Below, in pieces: positions 11,836 through 23,772 of a stretch of DNA of 64,000 bases (within the stretch, counting starts at the first letter, position 1; each line of letters opens with the position of its first letter). A program made the position numbers and the translations under genes. Source of the DNA: Squalus acanthias (lineage: Eukaryota); the NCBI GenBank assembly GCA_030390025.1, contig CM059432.1:2046001-2110000 (forward strand), written 5' to 3'. The notes under the pieces were generated by a model. The model did not search any database. It was not told the DNA's origin and saw only the letters and a list, made by a program, of their open reading frames with translations.

Positions 11836-14589
11836 TTTTCAGAGGCTTGCGACAGTGCTGTCCCTTTAACAAAAAGGAAATCTGGGAATAAACAGCAGGT
11901 TGATCAGTATTTGTGAAGAGGACAGACCGATTATGATGCTCTGTGCGTGTCGACGCGCCAAAGCGTCAGAACCTGTCTTTTCTCTGTGCAGATGCTGACT
12001 GACTTGCAATCTACTTTTGATTCCATTCAGTCAGAAGCCGAGAAAGATTCTCTTTAAATTGCGGGACCGCTATTCCCGCAATGCCGCGCAGGGGAAACAA
12101 CTTCAGCCCAAAGTACAGCAAACAGAAAAGCTCATTAATATTCCGGAGCGCCAGTCCTAACATGTTTGCTCGACCTCAGAATCGTTAAAAATGTCACATC
12201 TCAGACCAGCATGTTTTTAGTCATTTACTGCAGCGCGAGAACGTGGATCCTTCACCAGCGCACCCTACGAACCAGCTTCCATTTGGTACAATCCAATATA
12301 TTCCACACACTCAGGAGGAAAGTCAGACAGGAAGACATTTAAAGCGCGGCACCTGAGTAAACATTAACTGTGTCCCAGCGCCAGGCCTCTCTTTCAGCAC
12401 TACAGAGGGCTTTCTGTCCGTGCTTACACAACCTGTTTATCAGCTCTCCGGTAAACTTATCACCAGCAACTGGACTTGGCAGCTCAGATGGAATTTAAAA
12501 TAAAACATTCCATTTCGACGTTTCCCCTCTCCCCTCTTAAATCCCGTGCAAATGTTGGGCTCGTTCTGCGCTGGAGAAAACACAGTCCCTTCTCAAGTGG
12601 AGGAGGAAGGAGGTGCCTCGTTCGCTCCTGTTTCAGATCAACCCCTCCCTCTCAATCGGGACAGGAGCTGCTCACTTCAAAAGAACATAAGAATTAGGAG
12701 CAGGAGTCGGCCATTTGGCTCCCTCGAGCCTGCTCCGCCATTCAATAAGATCATGGCTGATCTTCGACCTCATCTCCACTTTCCTGCCCGATCCCCATAT
12801 CCCTCGATTCCCCTAGAGTCGAAAAATCTATTGATCTCTGTCTTGAATATACTCAACGACTGAGCATCCACAGCCCTCTGGGGCAGAGAATTCCAAAGAT
12901 TCACAACCCTCTGAGTGAAGAAATTCCTCCTCATCTCAGTCCTAAATCTCGGCCTTATCCTGAGACTATGCCCCCTAGTTCTAGACTCTCCAGCCAGGGG
13001 GAAACAACCTCTCAGCATCTACCCTGTCAATCCCCTTCAGAATCTTATATGTTTCAATGAGATCACCTCTCATTCTTCTAAACTCCAGAGAGTATCAGCC
13101 CATTCTACACAATCTCTCATCATAGGACAACCCTCTCATCCCAGGAATCAAAAGGAACACCTTGCGAGGCTTAGAGTTCCCTTTCTGAACTATCTGGGGT
13201 CGAGGTTATCAGTTGGTTCTCATACCCCAATGGCGGTCTGTGTTAGTAGGGTATTGAAATGAAGGAGAGGGGTTCAGTGCTGAGGCCAAAATCACTACTT
13301 ACACGCCATCATTCACTCTAATGCGTTTTGGCAGCGCACTGCAGTCCACGCTAGGACTTTCGATAATCGGGCGGAATTGTGGCACTGGGCATTGGAACGC
13401 TCGGAGGCCTGGAGTGGCAGGTCAGAGGCCCAACCCCCCCCTGCACCCCCACTCTGCCCAGTTGTCCATCAGCACTGCGCCGAATGAAAGTGGCAGCGTC
13501 TCGGGGGACAAAGAGGAATCATCGGATCGAGTAGTCCAGTCATTGTTGACTCCTGATGGATTAAACCAACGGGAGACATTGGCAGAACTCTGGTGGGGGG
13601 GGTGACCATCCCCCACTCCGATATCATCAGACAAACGATTCCAGGAGTTACCTCCCGAAAAATGAAAGAATCAGGAACTTGCATTGATATTGCGTCTCAA
13701 AGCACCGTCGGAGGTGCCGTCTTTCGGATGAGACGTTAAACCGAGTCTGCCCTCCCCAGGTGGACGTAAAAGATCCCACGGTCACTATTTCGATGAAGAG
13801 CAGGGGGAGATCTCCCCGGTGTCCTGGGGCCAATATTTATCCCTCAACCAACATCAGTAAAAAACAGGTGATCTGGTCATTACCACATTGCTGTTTGTGG
13901 GAGCTTGCTGTGCACAAACTGGGTGCCGCGTTTCCTACAGTGACTTCACTTCAAAAAGGTCGTGAAAGGCGCTATAGAAATGCAAGTTCGTTCTTTTCTT
14001 CATGCTAACCACTTGGTATGTTGGGTCATGTGATTAACAGGGGCCCATCGAAGGTCAGAATCATATGGTCAAAAGCAAAGGCCACCATTACAATCCCACA
14101 GTCACAATGGAATATTTAAGTTTGAAACAACTAAACAATTTAAAAGTTGTTAACAGAAAGCTTGAAGTTGAAGTAACTCCAAACGTAAGATTCAAGTTGC
14201 AACACAAATTTTAAACTAACTCGATAGTCTGGGTCTGAACTATGGTGGGGGAAGGGGAGTCCCGGAGAAACCCGCTTCCAACCGCCCTGCCCCCCACACT
14301 CCGACCATTGGTCACCTGACCCATCCATTGGCCAATAATGGCAGCTACAATACCCACAATCCTCTGTGCTCCAGAAACTGCTCGATCCACCGTGTGGATT
14401 TACTGGGGAGGGCGCGCATGTGCCAGGGCCGCAGTGCATCCTGGGGGTGGCGCGGCCCCGATGGTTGTTGGGAACCTGGCCAAAAACAAACCGGAGACGA
14501 AAATGTCCCCAGGGACTTTTCCCCTTGGCTGCTTGGAGGAGCATCTGGGAGATTAATCGTTTAATCGAGACTCCAGGAAAATTGAACAT

Positions 14590-15148
14590 CAACTTGTATT
14601 TATACAGCGCCTTTAATGTAGTAAAACGTCCCAAGGCGCTTCACAGGAGCGATTATCAGACAAGATTTGACTCCGAGCCACATAAGGAGCTATTAGGGCA
14701 GATGTTTGGTCACAGAGGTAGGTTTTAAGGAGCGTCTTAAAGGAGGAGAGAGAGGAAGAGAGGCGGAGAGGTTTAGGGAGGGAATTCCAGAGCTTAGGGC
14801 CCAGGCAACTGAAGGCACGGCCACCAATGGTGGAACGAAGGAAATCGGGGGATGCTCAAGAGGCCGGAATTAGAGGAGCGCGGAGATCTCGGGGGGTTGT
14901 GGGGCTGGAGGAGGTTACAGAGATAGGGAGGGGCAAGGCCATGGAGGGATTTGAAAACAAGGGTGAGAGTTTTAAAATTATGGCGTTGCTTAACCGGGAG
15001 CCGAGGTAGGTCAGCGAGCACAGGGGGTGACGGGTGAGCGGGACTTGGTGCGAGTTAGAACACGGGCAGCCGAGTTTTGGATGGAGGGTAGAACGCTGAA
15101 GGCCGGCCAGGAGTGCGTTGGAATAGTCAAATCTAGTGGTAACAAAGG
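14590..15148 (-). mobile_element. L2 LINE 3' fragment
   Basis: ORF 14794..15021 reads LADLPRLPV...LAPPYL. Similar pieces lie at ~17370-17595(-), 20045-20440(+), 26945-27320(+), 49260-49613(+) and 50020-50482(-). Confidence 0.8.
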
Positions 15149-15281
15149 AGAGTTGTCAGCCCTACCCTGAACAGGGTTAAGACTCAATTTATGAGCAGGC
15201 TAATTCAAAGTGCCAGCTGCTGAGGCCTCTTCACTTACAGAATCGTACAACACAGGAGGCAGCCATCGAGCCTGGTTTTTT

Positions 15282-15725
15282 TCATTCGTTCCTGGGATGT
15301 GGGCGTCGCTGTCAAGGCCAGCATTTATTGCCCATCCCTAATCGCCCTTGAGAAGGTGGTGGTGAGCCACCTTCTTGAACCGCTGCAGTCCGTGTGGTGA
15401 AGGTCTTTTTTCCTAGCGGTTTGGTACAACTGAGTGTCTCGCTCGGCCATTTCAGAGGGGCAGTTAAGAGTCAACCACATTGCTGTGGGTCTGGAGTCAC
15501 ATATCGGCCAGACCGGGTAAGGACGGCAGATTTTCTTCCCTAAAGGACATTAGTGAACCAGATGGGTTTTTACAACAATCCGATAGTTTCACGATCACCC
15601 TTAACTGATACTAGCTTTTTATTCCGGATTTATTTAATTAACTGAATTTAAATGGGATTTGAACTCACATCTCTGGATCAGGCCTCGGGATTACTAGTCC
15701 AGTAACATTAGCACTACGCTACTGT
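15282..15725 (-). mobile_element. Second tRNA-derived SINE family, with a 3' tail shared with the LINE at 9715-11229
   Basis: Minus-strand head gtagcgtagtgctaatgttactggactagtaatcc...gagttcaaatccc. The tail matches the LINE 3' end. Related copies lie at ~9325-9668 and ~33296-38626. Confidence 0.7.
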
Positions 15726-18700
15726 TCCCCTAATATGCCGGCTCTTTGAAAGAGCTCTCCAATTAGAACATAAGAACATAAGAAATAGGAGCAGGAGTCG
15801 GCCATTCGGCCCCTCGAGCCTGCTCCGCCATTCAATAAGATCATGGCTGATCCAATCGTGGCCTCAACACCACTTTCCCGCTCTTTCCCCATAACCCTCG
15901 ACTCCCTTGTAGTTCAAATGTCTGTCAATCTCCGCCTTGAATGTATTGTATTAGCCCCACACTCCTCCTGTTCAAGTATATTTCCAATTCCCTTTTGAAA
16001 GTTAAATCAATTGGTTTTTTTTAACGATTTTCTCTTTGAGCAATGCCACAACACATAGATATATTTGTGGACTGCATTGTATTGGTGCAGAACATTTTGT
16101 ATTTAGAAGTGGTTTAGTTGTGATATTAATTAACCAAACCAAAACACCTTTTCACAGTTTCCTACAAACTGACTTATAACATTGGAAAGTTTGAACTGCA
16201 CTGTCCTCGTGGTCGTCTTGTGGGCGTGTTTTGAATGGTTGCATTCGTTTGACTATAACCCGATTTTATCCTTTGGCTCCCTGTTCGAGGTGTCCATTAT
16301 TTGATAACTTGGGAGTGGGGGGTAAGGAGGAAGGGGAAACAGCAACAGCATTGAAAGACTGAACGGGCTGGGGCTCATTTCTCTCGAAAAGAGAAGCCAA
16401 GGGGTGACCTGATAGAGGTCTTTAAAATTATGAAGGGGTTCGATAGGGTAGATGTGGAGAAGATGTTTCTACTTGTGGAGGAATCCAAAACTAGGGGCCA
16501 TCAATATAAGATAGTCACTAATAAATCCAATAGGGAATTCAGGAGAAACTTCTTTACCCAGAGAGTGGTGAGAATGTGGAACTCGCTGCCACAGGGAGTG
16601 GTTGAAGCAAATAGTATCGATGCATCTAAGGGGATGCTAGATAAACACATGAGGGAGAAAGGAATGGAAGGATATGGTGATAGGGTGAGATGAAGTAGGG
16701 CGGGAGGAGGCTCGTGTGGAGCAGAAACACCGGCACGGACCGGTTGGGCCGAATGGCCTGTTTCTGTGCTGTACATTCGATGTAATTGCTTCCTGATTCA
16801 CGGTGACCGACTGTGCGACAATCCCCTTTGTTGTGTGTGTGTCTGAAACGTTGGTTATTCTGTTAAACTAAGCCAAACTCGCTCAGACTGTCAATGTCGT
16901 GCCCAAGCCCCTCGTCGCTCCCCCTCCCCCCATGACATGGCGCTCCATCTAGTGGCCAGCCCAAGAACGAACAGTGCGCGCGCTCTCCTTCCACAGCGAG
17001 AGAGCTCGAGTGACAGCCAGTCCAGGGACTCGAACTCACCACCATCTGGCTGGGAGGCAGACGAGCCACCGCCTGCACTTCTGAGCTGCCCCAGATGATG
17101 CATTTCTAATGAAGACGTCGTCCGGTTTCATTACAAATTCAAATCAACTCTTCGCTCAGACCAATTAGGAAATCAACTGGCTCTGTGTGATAATAAATAC
17201 ACCAGACTGACGGATGAGTGAAGCTGTCTTTCAGTTGGGTGGAAAAATACTGCCGGGCACATCTCGGCATTTGCAGCACGTGAGGCTTCAGCCTTGCACG
17301 GTGAACTGACAGCTAACCCCAGAGATGCACCAACATTCAGGACATAAAGCCATCGCTTACCAGTCCGACAACAACAACAATTTCATTTATATAGTGCCTA
17401 CAGTCCCACGGCGCGTCACAGGAGCGATTATCAAACAAAATTTGCCACATAAGGAGATATTGGGACAGGTGACCAAAAGCTTGGTCAAAGAGGTAGGTTT
17501 TAAGGAGCGTCTTAAAGGAGGAGAGAGAGGCGGAGAGGTTTAGGAGGGAATTCCAGAGCTTAGGGCCCAGGCAGGTAAAGGCAAGGCCACCAATGTCATC
17601 CTACAACATCATTGCACAGTCTTCAACTCAGTCCGTCTCAAGACCTCAAACTAAGCTAGTGCTTGCTTCCTTCAGCTTTTCCCCCTCTTCCTCAGGCAAG
17701 GATCTGAGCTAGGCATCATTTAATGACTACTTCTTGTACGCACCTTCTCATTTCAACTTTAGAGGTGTCCCTACACTAAGATCCTTCATTCATCAATAAT
17801 AGTGGCCGTGGGATCTTTTACGTCCACCAGAGAGAGCAGACGGGGCCTCGGTTTAACGTCTCATCCAAAAGATGACACCTCCGACAGTGCAGCACTCCCT
17901 CACCACTGCACTGGGAGTATCAGCATGAGTTACGTGCTCAAGTCTCTGGAATGGGACTTGCAATTATATAGAGCCTTGGAGTATTGTGTACAGTTTTGGT
18001 CTCCTTACCCAAGGAAGGATATACTTACCTTAGAGGGAGTGCAACGAAGGTTCACCAGACTGATTCCTGGGATGGGGGGATTGTCCTATGAGGAGAGATT
18101 GAGTAGACTAAGCCTATATTATCTAGAATTTAGAAGAATAAGAGGTGATCTCATTGAAACATATAAAATTCTTAGAGGGCTTGACAGGGCAGATGCAGGG
18201 AGGATGTTTCCCCTGGCTGGGGAGTCTAGAACCAGGGGTCACAGTCTCAGAATAAGTGGTCAGCCATTTAGGACTGAGATGAGGAGAAATTTCTTCACTC
18301 AGAGGGTGGTGAATCTTTGGAATTCTCTACCCCAGAGGGCTGTGGAGGCTCAGTCATTGAGTATATTCAAGACAGAGATCGATAGATTTTTGGACTCTGG
18401 GGGAATCAAGGGATATGGGGATCGGGCAGGAAAGTGGAGTTGAGGTCGAAGATCAGCCATGATCTTATTGAATGGCGGAGCAGGCTCGAGGGGCCGTATG
18501 ACCTACTCCTGCTCCTATTTCTTATCTTCTTATTGAACCCACAACCTTCTGACTCAGATGAGAGTGCTACCCACTGAGCCACGGCTGACACCTTGAGAAG
18601 AAGTTGGAAGAAAATTGGGGGGGGGAGATACCTGAAAAATATATGGTTGATGTGCAGCTAATGACAGTGTTTGAAGTGTTGAGCATTGGATGTTCCTGGT

Positions 18701-20507
18701 TGGGACTTGAGGTTGGATAGTGTTAAACACTTGAATCAAACCTTCTGCTTAAATTGGTGCTCACTTAATAAAATACTCCCATGTTCAAATTATCTTTCAG
18801 AGGTTTTCATTATGTTTTTAGACCAGAATAACTTTATTAAGAAATCAATTTACAGTTCAGAAGCACGTAATCAAAACACATGGTGAAAAGAAAAAGAAAA
18901 ACAGGATTGAGTAGGTGTTGAGACCCAGATGTCTTGATTTTACAATTAAATATCAATTTTAAGCTCTAATTTTCTATGTGATGAAACTGGGGCTGCAGGG
19001 CAATTATGTCAAACAAATGCAATCATACAGGACAGAAGGAGGCCATTTGGCCCATCGTGCCTGTGCCGGCTCTTTGAAAGAGCTCTCCAATTAGTCCCAC
19101 TCCACCCTGCTCTTTCCCCACAGCCCTGCAAATTTTTCCTTTTCAAGTATTTATCCAATTCCCTTTTGAAAGTCACTATTGAATCTGCTTCCACCGCCCT
19201 TTCAGGCAGCGCGTTCCAGATCACAACAACTCGCTGTGTAAAACAAATTCTGCTCATCTCCGCTCTGGTTCTTTTGTTTAATTCTGTGTCCTCTGGTTAC
19301 CGACCCTCCTGCCAGTGGAAACAGTTTCTCCTTGTTTACTCTATCAAAACCTTACATAATTTTGAACATCTCTATTAAATTTCCCCTTCACCTTCACTGC
19401 TCTAAGGAGAACAATCCCAGCTTCTCCAGTCTCTCCACATAACTGAAGTCCCTCATCCCCGGTACAATTCTAGGAAATCTCCTCTACACCCTCTCCAAGG
19501 CCGTGACATCCTTCCTGAAATGCGGTGCCCAGAATTGGACACAACACTGCAGCTGAGGCCTAACCCATAGCTTATAAAGGTTTAGCATAACTTCCTTACT
19601 TTTGTACTCAAGAATCCCGTATGATTTTTTTGAAACAGCCTGGTCAACTTTTCCTGCCACCTTCAGAGGCGACCTTAAGGAAAATTTATACCATTTTTGC
19701 TTCTTCGGTGCCAAAGGTGTGGAATCGTCCTGTTGGTAGTTCCACGGGTACCACTTGTGCCCCAATACCTCAGGCTAACTGCCCATTCATGATGTGTGAA
19801 GTTGGGCAGTGAATGTATCTGGGTTGCTCACCTTTTTATTTATTCATTCTCGGGTGTGGGTGTCGCTGGCAGGGCTGGCATTTGTTGCCATCCCTCGTTG
19901 CCCTGGAGACCGGGGGAAATCACAGGGAAACCCAGTCCTTTCCTTAGTTCTTGCCCTCTGTAGCATTGGGACCTGCTCTACTGCTGCCTAACTAACTCAG
20001 TACAGTTCAGGATCAAACCCTGGGCTTACTGGGAACACACTGATTCTAAAATTCTCATCCTGGTGTTGAAATCCCTCCATGGCCTCGCCCCCTCCCTATC
20101 TCTGTAATCTCCTCCAGCCCTACAATCCTCCAAGATCTCTGCGCTCCTCCAATTCTGGCCTCTTGAGCATCCCTGATTTCCATCACTGCATTGGCGGCCG
20201 TGCCTTCAGCTGCTTAGGCCCCAAGCTCCGGAATTCCCTCCCTAAACCTCTCTGCCTCTCTACCTCTCTCTCCTCCTTTAAGACGTTCTTTAAAATCTAC
20301 CTCTTTGACCAAGCTTTTGGTCACCTGTCCTAATATCTCCTTATGTGGCTCGGTGCCAAATTCTGTCTGATAATCGCTCCTGTGAAGCGCCTTGGGACGT
20401 TTTACTACATTAAAGGCGCTATATAAATACAAGTTGTTGTGAGTGATTCCAGTCTGCAGACATTCTGAGTAGTTGAAAGACCTCCTATGAAGAAGGCAAG
20501 AAGCCAT

Positions 20508-20597
20508 GGAGGAGGAGGAGGAGAAGGAAGAGAGGATAAGGAGGAAGAAGAGGAGGAGGAGGAGCAGAGGATGAGCAGAAGGAGGAAGAGAGGAAGA

Positions 20598-20631
<34 letters not shown>

Positions 20632-20739
20632 CGAGGAGGCCGAGGAAATGAGGAGGAAAAAGAGGAGAGGATGAGCAGGAGGAGAGGGTGAGGAGGAGGA
20701 GGAGAAGGAAGAGGAGATGAGGAGGAAGAGGAGGAGGAG
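20508..20739. repeat. Degenerate (GAG/GAA)n purine-rich tract
   Basis: About 230 bp of almost pure purine triplets on the plus strand. Confidence 0.9.
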
Positions 20740-21070
20740 TGGATGACGTCGCACTCTCCTGGTTTGAATCCTCTCCTCCTCCGTATCTTGTTCATCCTCT
20801 TCCTCAAAGCGCAGACGCATTGGAAATCCAAGAGGGAAATCCAATATCTGCCTTAAAATGAAATTCTCTCTTTAAAATTGTGGTATAAACGCCAGTTGTT
20901 GTTGTTGACACTACTCCACTGTCTGATGTATTTATCCGCTAATCCACTGAGGAACTCGCCTGTCCCGCCTGAGCCCGCGTGACACAGAAAAGTTGCTGTA
21001 GAACAAAATAACAACAGAAAACGCTGGAAATACTCAGCAGGCCAGGCAGCATCCGTGGAGAGAGAAACAG

Positions 21071-21107
21071 AGTTAACGTTTCAGGTCGAAGACCTTTTGT
21101 CAGAACT
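21071..21107 (-). ncRNA. Hammerhead-like motif with mutated core (CTGACAA, G8>A)
   Basis: Reverse-complement copy of 21927-21963 with one change at a conserved core position. Confidence 0.55.
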
Positions 21108-21926
21108 GGAAAAAAGCAGGAAATGGAATAGATTTTAAAGCAAGTTTAGAGGCTGGGAAAAGGGGGAGGGGATGAAAGAACAAAAGGGAAGGTCAGTGAT
21201 AGGATAGAAAGCAGGAGAGATTAAGAGACATTGAGAGACATTAAGAGATATTCAAGGCTAGAGGAGGTGGTAATGGGACAGGTTAAGGAACAAAGGATGG
21301 CTCTAGATGAAGTGTGAATTGTGCTGGCAGAATGAAGGACAGCTGCCATGTGGGAGGGAAGAAAAAAAGGGCCAAACAAAAAGTGTGGATAAAAAAAATA
21401 TATATGTGATAGGGGCCGAGGTTATGATCTGAAATTGTTGAACTCTATGTTGAGTCCAGAGGGCTGTAGAGTGCCTAATCAAAAGATGAGGTGCTGTTCC
21501 TCGAGCTTACGCTGAGCTTCCGTGGAACAATGCAAGAGGCCGAGGACGGTGAGGTCTGAGTGGGAGTGAAGCGGTGAATTAAAGTGACAGGCGACCGGAA
21601 GCTCGGGTCCCCCTTACGGACTGAACGGATATATATATATTTTTTTATCCACACTTTTTGTTTGTGTCTGTGCTTCTCTCCCACATGGCAGCTGTCCTTC
21701 ACTCTGCCAGCGCAATTCACACTTCATCGAGAGCCATCCTTTGTTCCTTAACCTGTCACATTACCACCTCCTCTTGCCTTGAATATCTCTTAATGTCTCT
21801 CAATGTCTCTTAATCTCTCCTGCTTTCTATCCTATCACTGACCTTCCCTTTTGTTCTTTCATCCCCTCCCCCTTTTCCCAGCCCCTAAACTTGCTTTAAA
21901 ATCTATTCCATTTCCTGCTTTTTTCC

Positions 21927-21963
21927 AGTTCTGACGAAAGGTCTTCGACCTGAAACGTTAACT
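21927..21963 (+). ncRNA. Minimal hammerhead-ribozyme-like motif (PLE family B)
   Basis: AGTT-CTGACGA-A-AGGTC ttc GACCT-GAA-ACGT-T-AACT: stem I, core, stem II, GAAA and a palindromic stem III. Confidence 0.7.
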
Positions 21964-22673
21964 CTGTTTCTCTCTCTCCACGGATGCTGCCTGGCCTGCT
22001 GAGTTTTTCCAGCATTTTCTGTTGTTATTTCGGATTTCCAGCATCCGCAGTATTTTGCTATCGTGTTGCTGTAGAACAATCTCCATTGGACGCCTGAAGT
22101 TTCGCGACGGACGGACTGCCTGCAAAACTCTGGGCAGCTCCTGAAAGTCGCAAAAGCTCGTCAAAGCTGAGAAATCCTGTACTCGAAGGGTTAAAATGTT
22201 TAGGTAAAGAATATCAAAGTCACAAATTTAATTTTACTGCTTCATCTAAGCGCTTCACTATTGTCAAAGAACCTGCAATTCACTGGCAGTTTAATTGCTT
22301 AAGGCAGACATTTCATTTATCTTTATAATTGGCACATTCAGCAGATTATAATGTAGTTAATGGAAATTAAATTACATAATTTACGAATCTTAAAACTGGC
22401 TTAGCATGTGCTAAAGGTAAAGCGCATATCTAAGACAACCTTTAACGACTACCTCTCACTGAAGTGATTGGCACATTATACAGGATGAATTACTTTTTTT
22501 TATAATATCTTAATTACGTTTTTCACTCGTTAATGAGCAAGGATAATCTAATCATTCAAAGATACGTGATTGTCCGATGTTATATGTTGCCTTTTTGTCA
22601 GGCTCCGGAGAGGTAATTGGCTTGCCGAAATGCCACTTCTCTGCCTGCATTCTCTCGTTCACAGGAAAAAGAG

Positions 22674-23138
22674 CAAGACTTGTATTTCTATAGCGCCTTT
22701 CACGACCACTGGACGGCCCAAAGCGCTTTACAGCCAATGAAGCACTTTTTGAAGTGCAGTCACTGTTGTAATGTGGGAAACGCGGCAGCCAATTTGCACA
22801 CAGCAAGCTCCCACAAATAGCAACGTGATAATGACCAGATCATCTGTTTTTAGTGATGTTGATTGAGGGATAAATATTGAACCAGGACACCGGGGATAAC
22901 TTCCCTGCTCTTCTTCGAAATAGTGCCATGGGATCTTTTACATCCACCTGAGAGGGCAGACGGGGCCTCGGTTTAACGTCTCATCCGAAAGACGGCACCT
23001 CCGACAGTGCAGCACTCCCTCAGTACTGCACTGGGAGTGTCAGCCTAGATTTTTGTGCTCAAGTCTCTGGAGTGGGACTCGAACCCACAACCTTCTGACT
23101 GAGAGGCGAGAGAGAGTGCGACCCACTGAGCCATGGCT
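22674..23138 (-). mobile_element. Full-length tRNA-derived SINE (Deu-domain, SacSINE1-like) with L2-type tail
   Basis: On the minus strand: A-box tggctcagtgg, B-box ggttcgagtcc, a body shared with many copies in the window, and the tail aaggcgctatagaaatacaagtc. The family name is from recall. Confidence 0.85.
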
Positions 23139-23305
23139 GTGAAGAGCCCCATGACCTCAGTAAAATGCATGCGGCAGTTCGGGCACGTTCGAAAGAGAGG
23201 ACTTCAATGGAATGGAAGATCGGGCAGGGTGTATTACGGGTGGCCAATCCACTACCGCCGGTTTAACGTCCTGTGGTGCAAATTAAAATCTACCCAGGAG
23301 AGTCA

Positions 23306-23772
23306 GCCGTGGCTCAGTGAGCAGCACCCTCACCACCGAGTCAGAAGGTTGTGGGTTCAAGTCCCACTCCAGAGACCTGAGCACAAAATCCAGGCCGACA
23401 CTCCCAGTGCAGTACTGAGGGAGTGCCGCACTGTCGGAGGTGCCGTCTTTCGGACGAGACGTTAAACCGAGGCCCCGTCTGCTCTCTCAGGCAGATGTAA
23501 AACATCCCATGGCCACTATTTTGAAGAAGAGCAGGGGAGTTCTCCAAAGTGTCCGGACCAATATTTATCCCTCTGAATATTAATCTCACTAAAAACAGAT
23601 TATCTGGTCATTATCACCTTGCTGTTAGTGGGATCTTGCTGTGCGCAAATTGGCTGCCGTGTTTCCCACATTACAACAGTGACTCCACTTCAAAAAGTGC
23701 TTCATTGGCTGTAAAGCGCTTTGGGACGTCCTGAGGTTGTGAATGGCGCTACAGAAATGCAAGACTTTCTTT
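23306..23772 (+). mobile_element. Full-length Deu-type SINE
   Basis: gccgtggctcagtg...ggttcaagtcc...ggcgctacagaaatgcaagac. Confidence 0.85.

Larger units (their letters stand above)
21007..22064 (-). mobile_element. 5'-truncated Penelope-like element (family B) with inverted ~400-bp arms and a GIY-YIG C-terminal remnant
   Basis: 15-bp TSD gttgctgtagaacaa at 20992-21006 and 22065-22079. Arms ~21006-21405 and ~21633-22030. The spacer on the minus strand reads ELPVACHFNSPLHSHSDLTVLGLLHCSTEAQRKLEEQHLIF*LGTLQPSGLNIEFNNFRS*. Tail at 22031-22064. Confidence 0.88.

Noticed and set aside
20214..20844. Ser/Pro/Leu-rich ORFs, with a faint resemblance of the flanks to a Harbinger transposase N-terminus
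   Set aside because: The ORFs arise from the (GAG)n tract. The transposase resemblance is too weak to support without a profile search.
23306..23380. tRNA genes at the SINE heads
   Set aside because: A and B boxes are present, but each head continues into the SINE body and I could not build a full cloverleaf.
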